Below the pieces are notes generated by a model. That model was given only the letters and a program-made list of their open reading frames with translations. It made no database searches and was not told the origin of the DNA. Shown piece after piece: positions 18,621 through 27,312 of a stretch of 64,000 nucleotides of DNA. Position 1 is the first letter of the stretch, and each line of letters begins with the position of its first letter. Source of the stretch: Candidatus Omnitrophota bacterium. Lineage in GTDB: Bacteria > Omnitrophota > Gorgyraeia > B26-G9. Made by a program: the position numbers and the translations under genes. Location: contig JAZDHG010000034.1 in assembly GCA_043806135.1 (NCBI GenBank), positions 6,283-70,282 on the forward strand, written 5' to 3'.

Positions 18621-19310
18621 TTAATCTAAAAAGAGGCTTTTTATCTTGCCCAATTCTCTCTGGTAATTTTTTTGAGAATCAATAAAAGACTTGTAATTAA
18701 GCTTCTCTAATTCTATGCTGCTGTCAAAGTCACAAATTCCTTCTAAATCTTTCCGCTTGCTAAGATATTCTTTGATAGATGAATACCGCCACTCTTCTGC
18801 ACTTTCCACTAATCCAGCTGTTACTGGATTCAAGTGAACATAACGGGTCAAATGCAGCAATTGCTCATCTGTTTCAACTAAAACATTTTTAAACCGGCTT
18901 TCCCATAGCGGTCCTTTCCTAGATGTTCTAATATTAAAAAATCTCGAATAGCTATTTAAGATATTTCCCATAAAAATAACAATACCTTCCTCTTGAAGCT
19001 GCTTTAGCACGAGATGAATATGTGTAGGCATAATGCAATATGCTATTATTTCCACTAAAAAATCCTTGCTGCTCCAATGCTTTTCAATGAAAATAGTCAT
19101 ATTTCTAATTTCTAAAAATTTAGAAAATTTTACACCTGTGTTTTTTATGCGATAATACTTAAATAAATCTATAATTCTATTATAATCATTCTTTGTGTGA
19201 AATATTTTATACCCTGCAATGCTTTTTGAATAAACATGGTAAATACCGCCGCTACTTAAAATGTTTTTCCTTCTCATTGATCTTCTCCTATTATCTAAAT
19301 TTGCCCACAC
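18621..19310 (-). CDS. REP-associated tyrosine transposase (IS200-like Y1/HUH transposase)
   Basis: 229 aa. HUH motif CIMPTHIHLV, plus GPLWESRF, YVHLNPVTAGLV and WRYSS (catalytic Tyr region). Flanked on both sides by GC-rich palindromes. Confidence 0.8.
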   Translation of the reverse strand: MWANLDNRRRSMRRKNILSSGGIYHVYSKSIAGYKIFHTKNDYNRIIDLFKYYRIKNTGVKFSKFLEIRNMTIFIEKHWSSKDFLVEIIAYCIMPTHIHLVLKQLQEEGIVIFMGNILNSYSRFFNIRTSRKGPLWESRFKNVLVETDEQLLHLTRYVHLNPVTAGLVESAEEWRYSSIKEYLSKRKDLEGICDFDSSIELEKLNYKSFIDSQKNYQRELGKIKSLFLD

Positions 19311-19317
19311 AATACAT

Positions 19318-19350
19318 TATACTCCCACCCCCGGGGTGGGAGCAAGGGGG
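19318..19350. repeat. REP-like palindrome (5' flank of the RAYT)
   Basis: tatactcccaccccc-ggggtgggag forms a 10-bp perfect stem and shares the CTCCCACC core with the 18531-18602 element. Confidence 0.55.
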
Positions 19351-19405
19351 AAAAAGATGGGAGGATTTGACTTTGTTGTTTAGATACTTTATAATGAGCG
19401 TTTAT

Positions 19406-19627
19406 ATGAAAAAGTTCTTGGAAAAGTGGAAAAAAATCGCAATTATTTTTGCAAACTTCCAGATAAAACTGATCCTGCATATTATTTATTTCATTCTAAT
19501 ACTTCCCTATCGTCTTGGTTTTGTAATTAAAAATATCTTCCGCAGAAAACCCTCCCGATCATCAAGCTGCTGGATAGATCTAAAAAAGAAAAACGATACT
19601 GTAGATAGTCTAAGGAGGCAATACTAA
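19406..19627 (+). CDS. Small hydrophobic protein, hypothetical, upstream of the carbamoyltransferase
   Basis: 73-aa ORF MKKFLEKWKKIAIIFANFQIKLILHIIYFILILPY... ending 1 nt before the carbamoyltransferase ATG, which suggests translational coupling. The upstream part of track ORF 19193-19627 overlaps the RAYT/REP and is discounted. Confidence 0.25.
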   Translation: MKKFLEKWKKIAIIFANFQIKLILHIIYFILILPYRLGFVIKNIFRRKPSRSSSCWIDLKKKNDTVDSLRRQY

Positions 19628-21414
19628 TGTATATTCTCGGACTATCCTGCTTTTACCATGATGCGGCAGCCGCCTTAATTAAAGACGGAAAGCTGATCGC
19701 CGCAACAGAAGAAGAAAGATTCAGCCGAAAAAAGCATGATTCTGGTTTTCCTGAAGCGGCTATAAACTTTTGCCTTGAGTTTGCCGGGATCAGCACAAAC
19801 GATTTAGAATTTGTTGTTTTTCACGAAAAGCCATTTTTGAAGTTCGAGCGAATCATTAAAACAGTGATCTTCACCTACCCCAGATCAGCAGGTGTATTCA
19901 GCGAGGCTATGAAGAGCTGGCTGGCTGAAAAGTTGTGGATTAAACATATTATCAGCCAAAAGCTGGGAATCGACAGTGATAGAATTCTTTTTACCGAACA
20001 CCATCTCTCTCATGCTGCCAGCACATTTTTAGTTTCTCCTTTTGAAGAGGCGGCGATATTGACTATTGACGGTGTCGGAGAATGGGCTACCGGAGCGCTT
20101 GGAATTGGAAAAAATAACAAAGTAACTTTATTCAAACAAATCAATTTCCCTAATTCCCTGGGGCTGTTATACAGCGCTTTTACCGCGTTTTTGGGCTTTG
20201 AGGTCAATGAAGGTGAATACAAGGTAATGGGCATGGCTGCTTACGGTAAGTGCCGTTTTAAAGAGAAAATACTTACCAATATTATAAGACTGCATGATGA
20301 CGGTTCATTTGACCTTAACATGGATTATTTTTCTTTTCATTATTCGTCAAATTGCAGCTACAGCAAAAAGTTCATACAGTTGTTTGGAAAACCACGCGAT
20401 ATAAACGCGGATTTCTTTACCTCCGGCTTTGAGTTCCCTGCCTACTTCGGTGAAAAACCGGAAAACTATTGTGATCTATGTACTGAAAATCAGTATTATG
20501 CAGATATTGCGGCAAGTATCCAGGCAGTTACCGAGGAGGTGATCCTGAAACAAGCCGTTTATCTTCATAAACAAACCCATATGAAAAACCTGTGTCTTGC
20601 CGGAGGCGTTGCCTTGAATTCTGTGGCCAACAGCAGACTTTTAAGAGAGAGTTTATTTAAAAATATCTTCATCCAGCCCGCACCCGGTGATAGCGGCGCG
20701 GCAATAGGTGCTGCCCTTTATGTCTATAATCATGTGCTTGATCAAAAACGCAGTTTTATTTTAGAACACGCATATCTGGGTAAAGAATATTCAGATAAAC
20801 AAATACTTGCTTTTCTTAACGAATCGGCTATCCCTTTTAGAGAGTTTAATACAGACAGCGAATTGATTGATTTTTGCGTAAACGCGATTGAACAGGCTAA
20901 GGTAATCGGCTGGTTTCAAGGACGCTCTGAATGGGGGCCAAGAGCATTGGGTAATCGTTCGATCATAGCTGATGCAAGAAATAAGGATATGAAAAATATA
21001 GTCAATATAAAGATAAAATTCCGCGAGCCGTTTCGTCCTTTTGCTCCGGTGATCATGGAGAACGAACTTGAGAACTTCTTCAGCGTTAAAAATAAGGAAC
21101 TCTACCCCTTCCGTTACATGCTCATGGTCTTACCGATAAAAGAGGAAAAAAGAAAACTTATTCCGGCTGTTGATCATGAAGGGACAGGAAGAGTGCAAAC
21201 GATCACTAAAGCCTGGAATCCGCTTTATTATAAATTAGTGGAAAAATTTGCAGAAAAAACCGGTATTCCTATGCTTTTGAATACTTCGTTTAATTTAAAA
21301 GGAGAACCTATTGTAAATTCACCTCAAAATGCTTATAATACATTTATGAACAGCGGACTGGATCTTCTGGTTATGGGAAGATTTGTTGTGGAAAAAATAA
21401 AAATAAGGATATAG
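19627..21414 (+). CDS. NodU/CmcH-family carbamoyltransferase
   Basis: 595 aa. The N-terminal Kae1/YgjD-like domain MYILGLSCFYHDAAAALIKDGKLIAATEEERFSRKKHD is diagnostic, together with the C-terminal carbamoyltransferase domain. Confidence 0.85.
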   Translation: MYILGLSCFYHDAAAALIKDGKLIAATEEERFSRKKHDSGFPEAAINFCLEFAGISTNDLEFVVFHEKPFLKFERIIKTVIFTYPRSAGVFSEAMKSWLAEKLWIKHIISQKLGIDSDRILFTEHHLSHAASTFLVSPFEEAAILTIDGVGEWATGALGIGKNNKVTLFKQINFPNSLGLLYSAFTAFLGFEVNEGEYKVMGMAAYGKCRFKEKILTNIIRLHDDGSFDLNMDYFSFHYSSNCSYSKKFIQLFGKPRDINADFFTSGFEFPAYFGEKPENYCDLCTENQYYADIAASIQAVTEEVILKQAVYLHKQTHMKNLCLAGGVALNSVANSRLLRESLFKNIFIQPAPGDSGAAIGAALYVYNHVLDQKRSFILEHAYLGKEYSDKQILAFLNESAIPFREFNTDSELIDFCVNAIEQAKVIGWFQGRSEWGPRALGNRSIIADARNKDMKNIVNIKIKFREPFRPFAPVIMENELENFFSVKNKELYPFRYMLMVLPIKEEKRKLIPAVDHEGTGRVQTITKAWNPLYYKLVEKFAEKTGIPMLLNTSFNLKGEPIVNSPQNAYNTFMNSGLDLLVMGRFVVEKIKIRI

Positions 21415-21420
21415 AAAAAA

Positions 21421-21597
21421 ATGTTTAAAAATTTAAAGAGCAGGCTGCAAATAGTCCAGGAACTTTTTAAATTCTTGTGGGAAAACAAGATCTGGTGGAT
21501 GAGCCCGATAATTATTGTCTTATTGCTGATCGGCATCCTGATTCTTTTTACCGTAAACAATCCCGCTGCAGTGCCGTTTATTTACACTCTTTTCTAA
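21421..21597 (+). CDS. DUF5989-like (SxtK-like) mini membrane protein
   Basis: 58 aa: MFKNLKSRLQIVQELFKFLWENKIWWMSPIIIVLLLIGILILFTVNNPAAVPFIYTLF. From memory, the W-W-x-x-P-I-I ... PFIYTLF C-terminus is characteristic of the small proteins that follow carbamoyltransferases. Below the 60-aa track cutoff. Confidence 0.5.
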   Translation: MFKNLKSRLQIVQELFKFLWENKIWWMSPIIIVLLLIGILILFTVNNPAAVPFIYTLF

Positions 21598-21738
21598 GAC
21601 TTAGATTTTTTAGGCTCTTTCTTGTTTAGAGTGGCAGAAAGAACCTGATCCCACAGATTAAAACAGGATTACACAGATTCATGGGCCATTCTTGTTTCTA
21701 TTTATCCGCTTCACTCTTATTGTCTTACAAAAAATCTT

Positions 21739-22449
21739 CTACCCTAAATAAGAATGGCTCTTTTTTAACTTCAGCAAATCTCTCGGCAAGCTGATATCAG
21801 CCACTATTAATTTGCCGACTTTTTCCGGCCCTTCAGCCTTATAAAACCCCTTTTTAAGCGCGCCAAATGTCACTGTTGTATGTGCCCTTATGCAGCATCC
21901 AAACACCTTACCGGTACTTGAGCATAATCCGGAAGGAATATCCAGCGAAAGAACAGGAACATCTGCTTTGTTAATCTCACAGATCACATCTTTAATAAAC
22001 CCTTCAATTACTTTGTTAAGCCCGATGCCGAATATTGCGTCGATTATAAGCCCTGCTTTATTCATAGCAATCTCCGCATTCCTTAGATTCGGTACGTTTG
22101 GCAGGACTATTATCTGTGCACCCAAATTCTGGAGAATACGGTAATTAATCAGCGCATCACCTTTTATATTGTCACTGCCGCCCAACAAAAAAACTCTGAC
22201 TTTAACATTATGATTTAACAAATGCCGCGCCACAACAAAACCGTCTCCGCCGTTATTTCCCGGGCCGCAAAAAATAAAAACGGTTTTTGACTTTCTTTTT
22301 TTAAGTATTCTATATGCGACCTCAAAGGCGCGCAGGCCTGCATTCTCCATAAGTATCAATCCCGGTATGCCGTACTCATCCTGAGCCCTTTGATCCAGAA
22401 TTTTCGATTGGCGTGCATCTAATCTGATCACATTATTCTCCCCGCACAT
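21739..22449 (-). CDS. nnrE: NAD(P)H-hydrate epimerase (YjeF N-terminal domain only)
   Basis: GPGNNGGDGFVVARHL motif. 236 aa with no YjeF_C dehydratase domain. Confidence 0.75.
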   Translation of the reverse strand: MCGENNVIRLDARQSKILDQRAQDEYGIPGLILMENAGLRAFEVAYRILKKRKSKTVFIFCGPGNNGGDGFVVARHLLNHNVKVRVFLLGGSDNIKGDALINYRILQNLGAQIIVLPNVPNLRNAEIAMNKAGLIIDAIFGIGLNKVIEGFIKDVICEINKADVPVLSLDIPSGLCSSTGKVFGCCIRAHTTVTFGALKKGFYKAEGPEKVGKLIVADISLPRDLLKLKKSHSYLG

Positions 22450-22450
22450 A

Positions 22451-22489
22451 AAAAACGGGCATTCATACCATTGGTATTAATGCCCGTTC
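22451..22489 (-). terminator. Rho-independent terminator downstream of bioY
   Basis: On the minus strand, aacgggcatt-(15-nt loop)-aatgcccgtt gives a 10-bp stem followed by TTTTTT. The T-tract directly abuts the annotated nnrE ATG at 22449. Confidence 0.6.
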
Positions 22490-22502
22490 CTTACTAACTT
22501 AT

Positions 22503-23165
22503 TTATGCTTTAAAAAGATTTCTCATTCTGCTGTTTGAATTATGAAATATTATCGCAGCAAATATTACCTTAAGCACATCTCCGGCGATAAAAGGCATTA
22601 TACCGTAGGCAATAACTTGAGTGAATGAAAATTTAGTAATAAAAGCAAGCCATAATCCGCCGCACAAATAAATAGCGGCAATACCGCAGGCAAAAGCAAA
22701 CAGAATTCTTAAAAAAGTAAGCTGCTTTTTATTTTTAAAATTATCGAGCAAAGCCGAAACTACATAAATACACACAGCAAAGCCGAACAAATACCCTCCG
22801 GTCGGCCCGAATAATCTCAGGAGACCGCCTGAAGCTCCGCTAAAAAAAGGCAGCCCCAAAGCCCCCATCCCGACATATGTCCCTTGAGTTAAAAACCCGT
22901 CTTTCTTGCTCAAAAAAGCCGCACAAAGCAGCACGAAAAATGTCTGCAAAGTTATCGGAACCGGTGTAACAGGAAGCGGAATATACAGAAAGGCTCCCGC
23001 AATAGTAAGCATTAGAAACGCAAGAATACCCACGCCTCTGCGCATAACACTATCAGTTAAGATATCTTTTTCCAGAATATTCCAAGTTAATTGCTTTTGC
23101 ATTTTTCCCTCCGTAAAATTTTTATAATTATTCTTCCCACTTGCCAATTTTTCTAAATTTATCAT
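22503..23165 (-). CDS. bioY: Biotin transporter BioY
   Basis: [13 protein letters not shown] ... [11 protein letters not shown]ioY signatures. The true start may be the internal M at about 23102. Confidence 0.75.
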   Translation of the reverse strand: MINLEKLASGKNNYKNFTEGKMQKQLTWNILEKDILTDSVMRRGVGILAFLMLTIAGAFLYIPLPVTPVPITLQTFFVLLCAAFLSKKDGFLTQGTYVGMGALGLPFFSGASGGLLRLFGPTGGYLFGFAVCIYVVSALLDNFKNKKQLTFLRILFAFACGIAAIYLCGGLWLAFITKFSFTQVIAYGIMPFIAGDVLKVIFAAIIFHNSNSRMRNLFKA

Positions 23166-24084
23166 AACGCTGCTCCAATAGTTCCTTCACAGGAATTTTG
23201 GATAATACGTTCAGGTTTTTTTTCAAAACAGCTTTCAAAGCTGAAGCAGTAATCTTATGATCTCTATGCGCTCCGCCTAAAGGCTCTGGTATGATCTCAT
23301 CAATAATACCCAATTTCAGAAGATCATCCGCTGTGATCTTTAAAGCTTCTGCAGCTTCAGGAGCATTCGCCCTGTTCCTCCAGAGTATTGCGGCACATCC
23401 CTCAGGGGATATGACTGAATAGTAAGAATTTTGAAACATACAAACCCTGTCTCCGACGCCAATACCCAATGCCCCTCCTGAGCCGCCTTCACCGATAATA
23501 ACAATAATTATCGGCACCGGTAAGCGGAACATCTCACGCAGATTATAAGCGATTGCTTCGGCCTGTCCGCGTTCTTCCGCTTCAATCCCAGGATAAGCGC
23601 CGGGAGTATCTATAAAATTAATTATCGGCAATTTAAAACTGGCCGCAAGATTCATTAGACGTATGGCCTTTCGATATCCTTCCGGATGAGCACAGCCAAA
23701 ACTGCGTTCCAGATTCTCCTTGGTATCCCGTCCCTTCTGATGGCCGAGAACGAGAACTTTTTTCCCGTCTATTTTCCCCAATCCGCCGATTATAGCCAGA
23801 TCATCTCTAAACGCCCTATCCCCATGCAGCTCGATAAAATCAGTAAGCACCAAATTTATATAATCTAAAGTGTAGGGCCTTTTCGGATGACGGGCGATCT
23901 GTACTTTTTGCCAAGGAGTAAGATTATCGAATATTTCATGTTTAACCTGCTCAAGCTTCTTTTCAAAGGTGCCTATCTCCTCAGACAAGTCGATCTTCTT
24001 ATTTTCAGAAAACTTCTTAAGATCAGCAATTTTCTGCTCAAGCTCTATAATTGGTTTTTCAAAATCCAGTCCTGTTCCGTTCAT
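23128..24084 (-). CDS. accA: Acetyl-CoA carboxylase carboxyltransferase subunit alpha
   Basis: 318 aa. [18 protein letters not shown]-terminus and crotonase-fold CT-alpha motifs ([10 protein letters not shown]). Confidence 0.9.
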   Translation of the reverse strand: MNGTGLDFEKPIIELEQKIADLKKFSENKKIDLSEEIGTFEKKLEQVKHEIFDNLTPWQKVQIARHPKRPYTLDYINLVLTDFIELHGDRAFRDDLAIIGGLGKIDGKKVLVLGHQKGRDTKENLERSFGCAHPEGYRKAIRLMNLAASFKLPIINFIDTPGAYPGIEAEERGQAEAIAYNLREMFRLPVPIIIVIIGEGGSGGALGIGVGDRVCMFQNSYYSVISPEGCAAILWRNRANAPEAAEALKITADDLLKLGIIDEIIPEPLGGAHRDHKITASALKAVLKKNLNVLSKIPVKELLEQRYDKFRKIGKWEE

Positions 24085-24097
24085 AGCTTCTTCTCTT

Positions 24098-25030
24098 TTA
24101 ATCGTTAATAATAACCTCTGTATTTAAGGGCACAATATCAAATAATTCCTCTACATCCTTATTTATCATTCTAATACATCCCTGGGTTCTTTGCTGCCGG
24201 ATAGGCTGTTTATCAACAGTGCCGTGTATGCCATATCCCGGTTCTGATATGCCCAGCCAGCGGGGACCTAAAATATTCTCAGCGCTGCCGGCAGGGACTA
24301 TAGCACCTGTTTTATACCAAACCGGATCGACTATCCGGTTAACAATCTTGAACTGGCCAACCGGAGTGGAATTATCTTTTCCGATACCGATCGGGTAAAC
24401 ATTTATAACTTCATCGTCAGCAATAAGTTTCAGAGTAAGGTCTGATTTACTAACCAGTATTTTAAAAACAGCGGTGACGATTTTCAGCTTCATCCCAGGT
24501 TTGATCAATGAATTCTTAAGACCGTTAACCTTCATTATCAACTCAACATTTGTATTATACTGCTTGGCTATCTTAAAAAGAGAATCGCCTGGCTTAACTT
24601 CATGGATAATGCTGTTTTTAGTTTGCGCTTTGGAAAAAAGCATTTTTATATTTATCTCACCAACTCGAGCCTGCGCATCAGCGGTAAACTCACCCTGAGG
24701 ATAAGCATTAATTAACTTCTGCAAAGCTTCTTTTTCAAGAAGCAGCTCATCGCTTTTATTATAAAACTCCGCGATCTTTACTAAAGCTTTTTGGGCCTCA
24801 ATACTTGCGGGAAACTTACTTGCTATCTTCTCAAAAGCTTCCAAGGAATTTTCAGGATTTTTTTTGCTCAAAGCCACGGTATTATTAAAAACAACTTCGG
24901 ATTGCCTTGACGCATCATTCTTTGGGGCCTCTTTTTTCTTCCCGCAGCCAGCGAACCTGATGAGAATTAAAACAGCAATAATTGCTATTATAATGATAAT
25001 TATTCGCCTGTTCATTATATCCCCTTTCAA
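24098..25030 (-). CDS. L,D-transpeptidase with a LysM domain
   Basis: LysM ([24 protein letters not shown]) plus YkuD catalytic HGT....GCIRM, with a signal anchor. Confidence 0.75.
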   Translation of the reverse strand: MKGDIMNRRIIIIIIAIIAVLILIRFAGCGKKKEAPKNDASRQSEVVFNNTVALSKKNPENSLEAFEKIASKFPASIEAQKALVKIAEFYNKSDELLLEKEALQKLINAYPQGEFTADAQARVGEINIKMLFSKAQTKNSIIHEVKPGDSLFKIAKQYNTNVELIMKVNGLKNSLIKPGMKLKIVTAVFKILVSKSDLTLKLIADDEVINVYPIGIGKDNSTPVGQFKIVNRIVDPVWYKTGAIVPAGSAENILGPRWLGISEPGYGIHGTVDKQPIRQQRTQGCIRMINKDVEELFDIVPLNTEVIIND

Positions 25031-25035
25031 TCTAA

Positions 25036-25500
25036 TTATAAAGTCACCACAAAAATGGCAACAACACTTCCCAGTAATGCCCCCATAAACACTTCTACCG
25101 GCGTATGACCGATAAGTTCAAGCAATCTCTCCTGCTTTAATTCATGTTTAAAATAAATATCTTCCATCATCTTATTTAAAGCTTCTGCCTGATGTCCGGT
25201 ACTTCTTCTTAACCCCTGAGCATCAAACATGATTATCAAAGCAAATATTGCGGTGATCCCAAAAACCGTACTGTTAAAACCGGAGAACATTCCGACTGCA
25301 GTTGCCAGCGCGCTTACACCGGCAGAATGAGCGCTGGGCATACCGCCTGTCATCATCAGCCACTTAAAATCAAAACGTTTTTCCTTGATAATCCCGGTAA
25401 AGATCTTTATGATCTGCGCAACCCCCCAGGAAAAAAAGGAAGCCCAAATTATTCTATTTTCAATTATTTGTGAAAAAAAGTTAGAATTTTGAAGCTGCAT
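25036..25500 (-). CDS. Divergent PAP2-family (DUF212) membrane protein
   Basis: 154 aa. GGMPSAHSAGVSALATAVG motif. Confidence 0.65.
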   Translation of the reverse strand: MQLQNSNFFSQIIENRIIWASFFSWGVAQIIKIFTGIIKEKRFDFKWLMMTGGMPSAHSAGVSALATAVGMFSGFNSTVFGITAIFALIIMFDAQGLRRSTGHQAEALNKMMEDIYFKHELKQERLLELIGHTPVEVFMGALLGSVVAIFVVTL

Positions 25501-25588
25501 AATTTATTAATTATAATATACTTTTTGTTAAAAAGCAACTTTTTCTTGACTTAAAAATTCCTTGAACTTATAATCAAGCTTACTGTTA

Positions 25589-27154
25589 ATGAAAAGAACC
25601 CATATTTTAAAAGAGAGGTATGTTTTGTTAGCTAAAGCTTTTAGTGCCGGCATATCGGGAATAAACGGGTATCTTGTTGAAATTGAAGCAGATATAGCAA
25701 AAGGCCTGCCTCAGACATCCATTGTCGGATTGCCGGATACCGCGGTTAAAGAAGCCAAGGATCGGGTCCGCTCAGCAATAAAAAACAGCGGGTTTGCCTT
25801 TCCGGTTAAAAGATTAACTATTAATCTGGCACCTGCTGACACTAAAAAAGAAGGTTCCGCATATGACCTGCCAATTGCGCTCGGGATATTGAGCGCATCA
25901 GGAGTTGTCCCACAGGAAAGTTTAAATGAATTAATTATCTTAGGTGAGCTGTCTCTTGATGGAACCGTAAAACCGTTAAACGGTATAATTTCTATGATAC
26001 TTGGTGTCAGGAATATGAAAAAATCAATTCTAATTCCAGCCGAAAACGCAAAAGAAGCTGCTGTTGTCAGCAATGCTCCTGTTTATCCTGTGTCCAATCT
26101 CAAGCAAGCTGTCAGCTTCCTAAACAAAGAGCTGGAAATCCCGGCTCAAAAGACAACGGCAAAATCCGAATTCAAAAAACATTCAAGTTATGAAGTAGAC
26201 ATGTCTGATGTAAAAGGCCAGGGTTTTGTTAAAAGGGCATTAGAGGTTGCTGTAGCCGGAAATCATAATATACTGCTGATCGGGCCTCCCGGCTCAGGCA
26301 AAACAATGCTTGCCAGGAGAATTCCCACAATAATCCCGTCTCTTTCCCTGGAAGAGGCGCTGGAAACAACCAAACTGTACAGCATCAGCGGCCTGCTTGC
26401 CAAAAACCAGGCACTTGTCAGCAGAAGGCCTTTTCGCAGTCCGCATCACACGACCAGCGATATAGCCCTTGTAGGAGGCGGTTCTAACCCCAAACCAGGC
26501 GAGGTCAGCCTGGCGCATCATGGAGTGCTTTTTCTTGATGAGCTGCCTGAATTCAATAGAAATGTATTAGAATCACTGCGTCAGCCTCTTGAGGACGGAT
26601 TCGTGACTATATCGAGGGCAGCGCGCACTTTGACCTTTCCATCACGGTTCATGCTTGCTTGCGCCATGAATCCCTGCCCCTGCGGATTTTTCACTCATCC
26701 GACCAAGGCCTGTAATTGTTCGCCGCACCGGATCGAACAATACCGCTCCAAAATCTCCGGGCCGCTCTTAGACAGGATCGATATTCATATTGAGGTACCC
26801 CCTGTTGATTACAAGCAGCTTGCCGATGAGCCTCAGGGAGAGTGTTCGGCAGAGATTAAAAAAAGAGTTGAGAAGGCCAAAAAAATACAATACAAACGTT
26901 TTAAAAAAAGTAAAATCTTCGCCAATGCCTATATGTCTCACGCTCAGGTCAAAACGCAGTGTAAACTGGACGAGGCGTCAAAGAAACTATTGAGAATGGC
27001 CATTGATGAGCTGGGTTTATCGGCAAGGGCTTATGATAAGATTTTAAAAGTAGCCAGAACAATCGCGGATTTATGCGCAAAGAAAAATATTAATAGCGAG
27101 CACATATCAGAAGCGATACAATATCGGAGCCTTGACAGGAATATTATTGGTTAA
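25589..27154 (+). CDS. comM: YifB/ComM-family Mg-chelatase-like AAA+ ATPase
   Basis: 521 aa. N-terminal Lon-SSD-like GLPDTAVKEAKDRVRSAI, Walker A GPPGSGKTM and a C-terminal ChlI-like domain. An alternative TTG start lies at about 25628. Confidence 0.85.
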   Translation: MKRTHILKERYVLLAKAFSAGISGINGYLVEIEADIAKGLPQTSIVGLPDTAVKEAKDRVRSAIKNSGFAFPVKRLTINLAPADTKKEGSAYDLPIALGILSASGVVPQESLNELIILGELSLDGTVKPLNGIISMILGVRNMKKSILIPAENAKEAAVVSNAPVYPVSNLKQAVSFLNKELEIPAQKTTAKSEFKKHSSYEVDMSDVKGQGFVKRALEVAVAGNHNILLIGPPGSGKTMLARRIPTIIPSLSLEEALETTKLYSISGLLAKNQALVSRRPFRSPHHTTSDIALVGGGSNPKPGEVSLAHHGVLFLDELPEFNRNVLESLRQPLEDGFVTISRAARTLTFPSRFMLACAMNPCPCGFFTHPTKACNCSPHRIEQYRSKISGPLLDRIDIHIEVPPVDYKQLADEPQGECSAEIKKRVEKAKKIQYKRFKKSKIFANAYMSHAQVKTQCKLDEASKKLLRMAIDELGLSARAYDKILKVARTIADLCAKKNINSEHISEAIQYRSLDRNIIG

Positions 27155-27244
27155 AAATTTTTTACTTATAGATATCTCGTTAACGCTCGAGATCAATTCG
27201 TCCTTACACTTTACTCCATTTATTCAGTAAAGTGCGGACTCATT

Positions 27245-27293
27245 GAGCATATCGCTGAGGCCATTCAATACAGGAGTCTGGATCAAAATATAG
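27245..27293 (+). repeat. Diverged duplicate of the comM 3' end (last ~17 codons), a possible integration or recombination scar
   Basis: 27245-27293 translates to EHIAEAIQYRSLDQNIV, against EHISEAIQYRSLDRNIIG at the comM terminus (27098-27154). 13 of 17 codons differ at the nucleotide level but 14 of 17 encode the same amino acid. The copy is not in frame with comM. Confidence 0.5.
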
Positions 27294-27312
27294 TTTCTTT
27301 AAAAAACATACG

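Noticed and set aside
19193-19405. Upstream part of the 144-aa plus-strand ORF
   Set aside because: Overlaps the RAYT CDS and the REP palindrome. Only the distal MKKFLEKW... portion was kept, as a low-confidence small ORF.
27171-27194. Short hairpin (gatatctcg / cgagatc) just after comM
   Set aside because: 6-7 bp stem with no T-tract. Too weak to call a terminator or att core on its own. Mentioned only in the context of the comM-3' duplicate.
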